A stretch of 23,855 bases of DNA from an uncultured cyanobacterium (lineage in GTDB: Bacteria; Cyanobacteriota; Cyanobacteriia; Cyanobacteriales; Microcystaceae). Positions 20,641 to 23,855 of this stretch are shown here, piece by piece. The stretch covers positions 1-23,855 of the forward strand of contig CAWEDJ010000048.1 in the NCBI GenBank assembly GCA_963807635.1. The letters run 5' to 3'. Numbering within the stretch: position 1 is the stretch's first letter; each line of letters opens with the position of its first letter. The notes beneath the pieces were generated by a model. It saw nothing but the letters and a program-made list of their open reading frames with translations, did not search any database and was not told the origin of the DNA. The position numbers and the translations under genes were made by a program.

Positions 20641-20970
20641 TTCTGACAAGTCAAGAACGATCTTGACTCAAAAAGCTTCTAATAACGGATTCAATATACT
20701 GGGTTTTATTAGAGCAGTAATTGAACGCTAACACAACCTAACAATCTCAGTCAACGGAAACTCTTGTTTATAAAAGAGTTGAGAGACTGCCCAAGTATTT
20801 TGCTCTCTACGAATGACGGTAGATTTATGAATGTTTCGTTACAAACAAAAAGACTGAAAAGCTTACCCAGTCTATAGCTCACGCGAATCCAGATTTATCA
20901 AGAGAAATTCTCATGAGATTACCCTGTTATAGGCAGGAATGGCAAGCATTATTGCTAATTGATTTTTCAT
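20641..20970 (-). pseudogene. Decayed 5' fragment of a GT2 paralog of 18432..19505, interrupted by an insertion
   Basis: AGGAG RBS, then MKNQLAIMLAIPAYN [215-bp insert] KTQYIESVIRSFLSQD versus the intact gene MTTNLTITIAIPAYNEANYIESVIKGFLNQN. Identical blocks: 20680-20698 = 19433-19451 (19 nt) and 20930-20943 = 19465-19478 (14 nt). Confidence 0.8.
20712..20926. mobile_element. 215-bp non-coding insertion (MITE/IS remnant) with 3-bp TTA/TAA duplication
   Basis: Flanked by TTA at 20709-20711 and 20927-20929. Removing it plus one copy restores the GT2 frame. The ends are only weakly inverted (GAGCAGTAAT / CAGGGTAAT). Confidence 0.6.
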
Positions 20971-20991
20971 TCCATCTCCTATTAAGTAAAG

Positions 20992-21194
20992 CTGATTCCG
21001 AATTAGTTTGTGTCTTTCCTTTTGTCCAAAGGCTTCTCAGCCAAGGGTTTGGGCAAGGAAAGGTCTTAAGCACTGTCTTTTATACATCCCGATCAGTGTT
21101 TTTCCCTAAAAAAAACACTGATCGGGGGCATTTAGGTGATGTCAGGAGACTCAAAGTCTTATTCTCTCGTAGCCACAAACTCGTGCGGAACTAG
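20992..21194. mobile_element. 203-bp MITE-like element
   Basis: TIRs CTGATTCCGAATTAGTTTGTGTCT / CTAGTTCCGCACGAGTTTGTGGCT (18 of 24 match); flanks AAGTAAAG (20984-20991) and AAGTAGAG (21195-21202); internal 16-bp perfect hairpin at 21088-21126. Confidence 0.7.
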
Positions 21195-21210
21195 AAGTAG
21201 AGCTACATAT

Positions 21211-21803
21211 TTATATATAGCGATGTGTAATAATCCATGAGCCAATAGCACTAATTACTTTATCTGCCTTTGATCCAAACCTTGCATCCAGTTCAAAATT
21301 TAATTTCTGAAGATTAAATTTTTATCCATATCAGGCTCGTTTATTAAGATTTTGCAATTCAAGTCTTGAAATAAATTAATAAAATCATCGTGACGTAATC
21401 TGTTCATATACATATAACGATTGCCTGCAATTTTATCCCATTCTTGGATTTGGATTTTGTTTTTTTGAATATAATCTAAATCATTTTTCACAAGCTCTTC
21501 TTTCAAATAAGGATTTAAATCTACTGTAATAACTCTTTCAGCACCTAGAAGCCAAAAAGCCAGAGGAGTGTTAAGTCTCCGTCCCGTTCCCACCTCTAGA
21601 AAAGTTGCACCAACAAAAGAACGTCCTATTTTTTCGATACGTTTACAAGTTTCAATTCTCGCTTTGAGGCGACTCATCGGATTGAGGTTCTCTTTCCTCA
21701 GTCCACCAAAGTGTCTCCGCATCCAGTAATAGAGAGGATAGGACAGGGAGGTAGGAAGAACATTAACTAGATTTTGAATTTTTGCTTTTAATTTGTAGTT
21801 CAT
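21211..21803 (-). pseudogene. Methyltransferase-like gene with apparent internal deletion and C-terminal frameshift
   Basis: SAM motif FLEVGTG and ITVDLNPY are present but later class I motifs are missing. The junction IQIQ|EWDKIAG is abrupt, and a shifted frame continues NLQKLNFELDARFGSKADKVISAIGSWIITHRYI to TAA at 21211. Confidence 0.55.
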
Positions 21804-21829
21804 ACGCAGCTTATTAGAAAAATCTAATC

Positions 21830-22999
21830 CTATTTAGTTAATAATTCTTTATAAAGAGAAATAGTAGCTTTCCCTGCTCTACTCCAACTAAAATATTTAT
21901 CAACAGATTCCCAGTCTTCTAAGGAGGGGTGCCAACCAGAACTAATTTCCATGATTGGATTAAGTATAGCTTTTTCAGCAATAAACCTTAAATCTTCCCC
22001 CCAAGAGAATATCCAACCAATTCTAGCTACATCAAAGGGATCGGGTAAACCACCAACATCAGATACAATACAGGGTTTCTTGTAGGATAATAAAGTCATT
22101 AATAAACCACTTTGACTCATACTTAAATAAGGTAAGACACATACATCAGAATTAGATATTTCCTTTTCAAGGTCTTGATTAGAAAGCCATCTATTATCAA
22201 TAACAACATTGGTAATACCATTGTCTTCAATAAACTTACTAACTTTATCAAAGTATTCTGAATCCCATTTTCCCACTATTCGCAACTCGACTTTATATAA
22301 GACATCTTTATGGTTATTCAAAGCGTAAAGCCAAACCTCTAAGTATTCGAGAATACCTTTATCTACTCTAATAGACCCAAGAATAGCAAAAATCAGTTGC
22401 GAATCATTCATTTTTTTAGCAATTTTATGCTGTAAAATTTTTGAATCCTCAATAGCAGGGCCAAGTTTACCATAAGGTATAGTATCGACTTTATCTGAAT
22501 CACAACCAAAATGACTAATTAATAAATTTTTAGTAGATTTTGAATGAACTATAACTCTGCAAGCTGATTGGCAAGCTACCTTAGCAAAGAAAAAACTGAA
22601 AAAGTTTTGATTATGAGGTAAAAAATTGTGGGAGGTGTAAACTACAGGAATTCTTAGTATTCTTAAGAATTTCATAAAGAAAATATCTAATAATGGTAGT
22701 TTCATCCATTGAATATGGACTAAATCTGGTCGATCACTAATTATCAAATAAATTATTTTACTGTAAGAAATAGAATAGCTAAGTGCCTTTAGTAAGGAAT
22801 TAGATGATTGTTTATAATTAAAAATTGGCTCAATGGAACAATAATTCAAGTCATTTGTATACTCCTCGCTAAGTATGCCTTTGTTACAAATAAACTTAAT
22901 CATAACTCCTGGTTCAGCCATTTGTTGCAGAAGATTTATATCATATCTTCCAAGAACATTGTAAGACTGAGGATCTATATAATTGATTTTCATTTGCAT
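21830..22999 (-). CDS. Glycosyltransferase family 4 (GT-B fold)
   Basis: RPDLVHIQW, VVYTSHNFLPH, GSIRVDKG, SDVCVLPYLSMSQSG, KPCIVSDVGGLPD. The start may be 22993. Confidence 0.88.
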   Translation of the reverse strand: MQMKINYIDPQSYNVLGRYDINLLQQMAEPGVMIKFICNKGILSEEYTNDLNYCSIEPIFNYKQSSNSLLKALSYSISYSKIIYLIISDRPDLVHIQWMKLPLLDIFFMKFLRILRIPVVYTSHNFLPHNQNFFSFFFAKVACQSACRVIVHSKSTKNLLISHFGCDSDKVDTIPYGKLGPAIEDSKILQHKIAKKMNDSQLIFAILGSIRVDKGILEYLEVWLYALNNHKDVLYKVELRIVGKWDSEYFDKVSKFIEDNGITNVVIDNRWLSNQDLEKEISNSDVCVLPYLSMSQSGLLMTLLSYKKPCIVSDVGGLPDPFDVARIGWIFSWGEDLRFIAEKAILNPIMEISSGWHPSLEDWESVDKYFSWSRAGKATISLYKELLTK

Positions 23000-23019
23000 T
23001 AGATAAATTGCTATAAGTT

Positions 23020-23691
23020 TTAGGAGGAGATAGGTTCAAATACTTGATTAACTGATCCCTGCATTCGATTGCCAACATAGCCAAGAGAGGCAAGATAACT
23101 ATTAACTTCGCTAGAATCTCCTTCAACTAACAATATGGGTAAATCTCTTTTAATTAGATTTTCCATGCCTTTCAACACATATATTTCATGACCTTCTACA
23201 TCAATTTTTGCCAACTTGATAGAATGGCTAATGTTCAAGGAGTCAATTGATATACTCAAAATATTTAATGCGTTAGAGTTATTAGAAATGTGGGCCCTAT
23301 AATAATTTGAATTCTTGCTTTCAGGGAAGTTCTCAGGAACCACCATACCCACCAAGTCGGTTTTATTAGAAACAGCTACATTAAATGTAGTTAAATTTTG
23401 ATAGGTTGCTCTAGATATATTTGATGCCAGTAAATCCACTGTTGATGGCACAGGCTCAAACACCAAAACACGACCAGACTTACCAACAAGTTCTGAGAGC
23501 CTCAACGAATAGTGCCCCACATTGGCACCAACATCTAAAACCCAATCTCCAGGCTTAATCCATTTATCCAATAATGAATACTCAATTTCAGCGCTCTTAA
23601 AAGACTTCCGACGAATTTGCATCCCGTAGCGGAATCGCCGCAATTCATGTTGAATAGTTTTTGGTAGGTATGAAAATAGGTATCTGAGCAT
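23020..23691 (-). CDS. FkbM family methyltransferase
   Basis: VLDVGANVGHYS, GRVLVFEP, LAKIDVEGHEIYVLKGM. Confidence 0.9.
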   Translation of the reverse strand: MLRYLFSYLPKTIQHELRRFRYGMQIRRKSFKSAEIEYSLLDKWIKPGDWVLDVGANVGHYSLRLSELVGKSGRVLVFEPVPSTVDLLASNISRATYQNLTTFNVAVSNKTDLVGMVVPENFPESKNSNYYRAHISNNSNALNILSISIDSLNISHSIKLAKIDVEGHEIYVLKGMENLIKRDLPILLVEGDSSEVNSYLASLGYVGNRMQGSVNQVFEPISS

Positions 23692-23744
23692 TTCTGGTTC
23701 TATCCAAATTAAATGTACTAACGTTTGTGATGAAGGTTCTAGAT

Positions 23745-23855
23745 CTACGAATTGAAAGATTCTTTTAGGTTGAGGTGTATTTCATGCATTTGTACCAGTT
23801 TTCGCCGATGTAAGGTATATGGATTTGCCCGTAACGCTTGTCCAACAAATTTTCT
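23745..23855 (-). CDS. Probable 3' end of an upstream gene of the cluster (partial)
   Basis: Open frame RKFVGQALRANPYTLHRRKLVQMHEIHLNLKESFNS* ends 53 nt before the FkbM gene. A second frame is also open to 23765, so the frame is uncertain. Confidence 0.35.
   Translation of the reverse strand, partial: RKFVGQALRANPYTLHRRKLVQMHEIHLNLKESFNS

Noticed and set aside
20735..20745. AACCTAACAAT matching the GT2 5' end in inverted orientation
   Set aside because: An 11-bp AT-rich match, compatible with chance.
20913..21194. 93-aa plus-strand ORF as a gene or transposase
   Set aside because: No transposase motif; it runs across the MITE-like element and antisense to the GT2 remnant.
1..23855. CRISPR array, tRNA/rRNA, integrase, defence system or NtcA box
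   Set aside because: No regularly spaced direct repeats, cloverleafs or relevant protein motifs seen by eye, and no convincing GTA-N8-TAC site in the promoter regions inspected.

Overview
Cyanobacterial chromosomal window. The evidence is psb27, a GUN4-domain gene, cpmA/larB and about 26 HIP1 octamers GCGATCGC counted by eye. Bases ~750-18100 are mostly ordinary housekeeping genes: larB/cpmA, cryptochrome DASH, S9 peptidase, argB, uppP, hisH, a UbiH-like hydroxylase, sppA, psb27, a flavin reductase, an ECF-type ATPase, a GUN4-domain protein and an alpha/beta hydrolase. From ~16400 to the end is a minus-strand surface-polysaccharide cluster whose distal part (>18100) is AT-rich and HIP1-free. 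About a dozen 1-2 base frameshifts, mostly in homopolymers and including argB, look like uncorrected long-read errors. Features missed by the ORF track: (i) a proteobacterial-looking CspA-type cold-shock gene at 6753-6964, unusual for a cyanobacterium; (ii) a 58-aa two-helix membrane microprotein at 14355-14531; (iii) a decayed paralog of the GT2 gene split by a 215-bp insertion with a TAA duplication; (iv) an adjacent 203-bp MITE-like element with 24-bp imperfect TIRs, an 8-bp target duplication and an internal 16-bp hairpin; (v) a methyltransferase with an apparent internal deletion. I do not see a complete new multi-gene system that the sequence alone can support.
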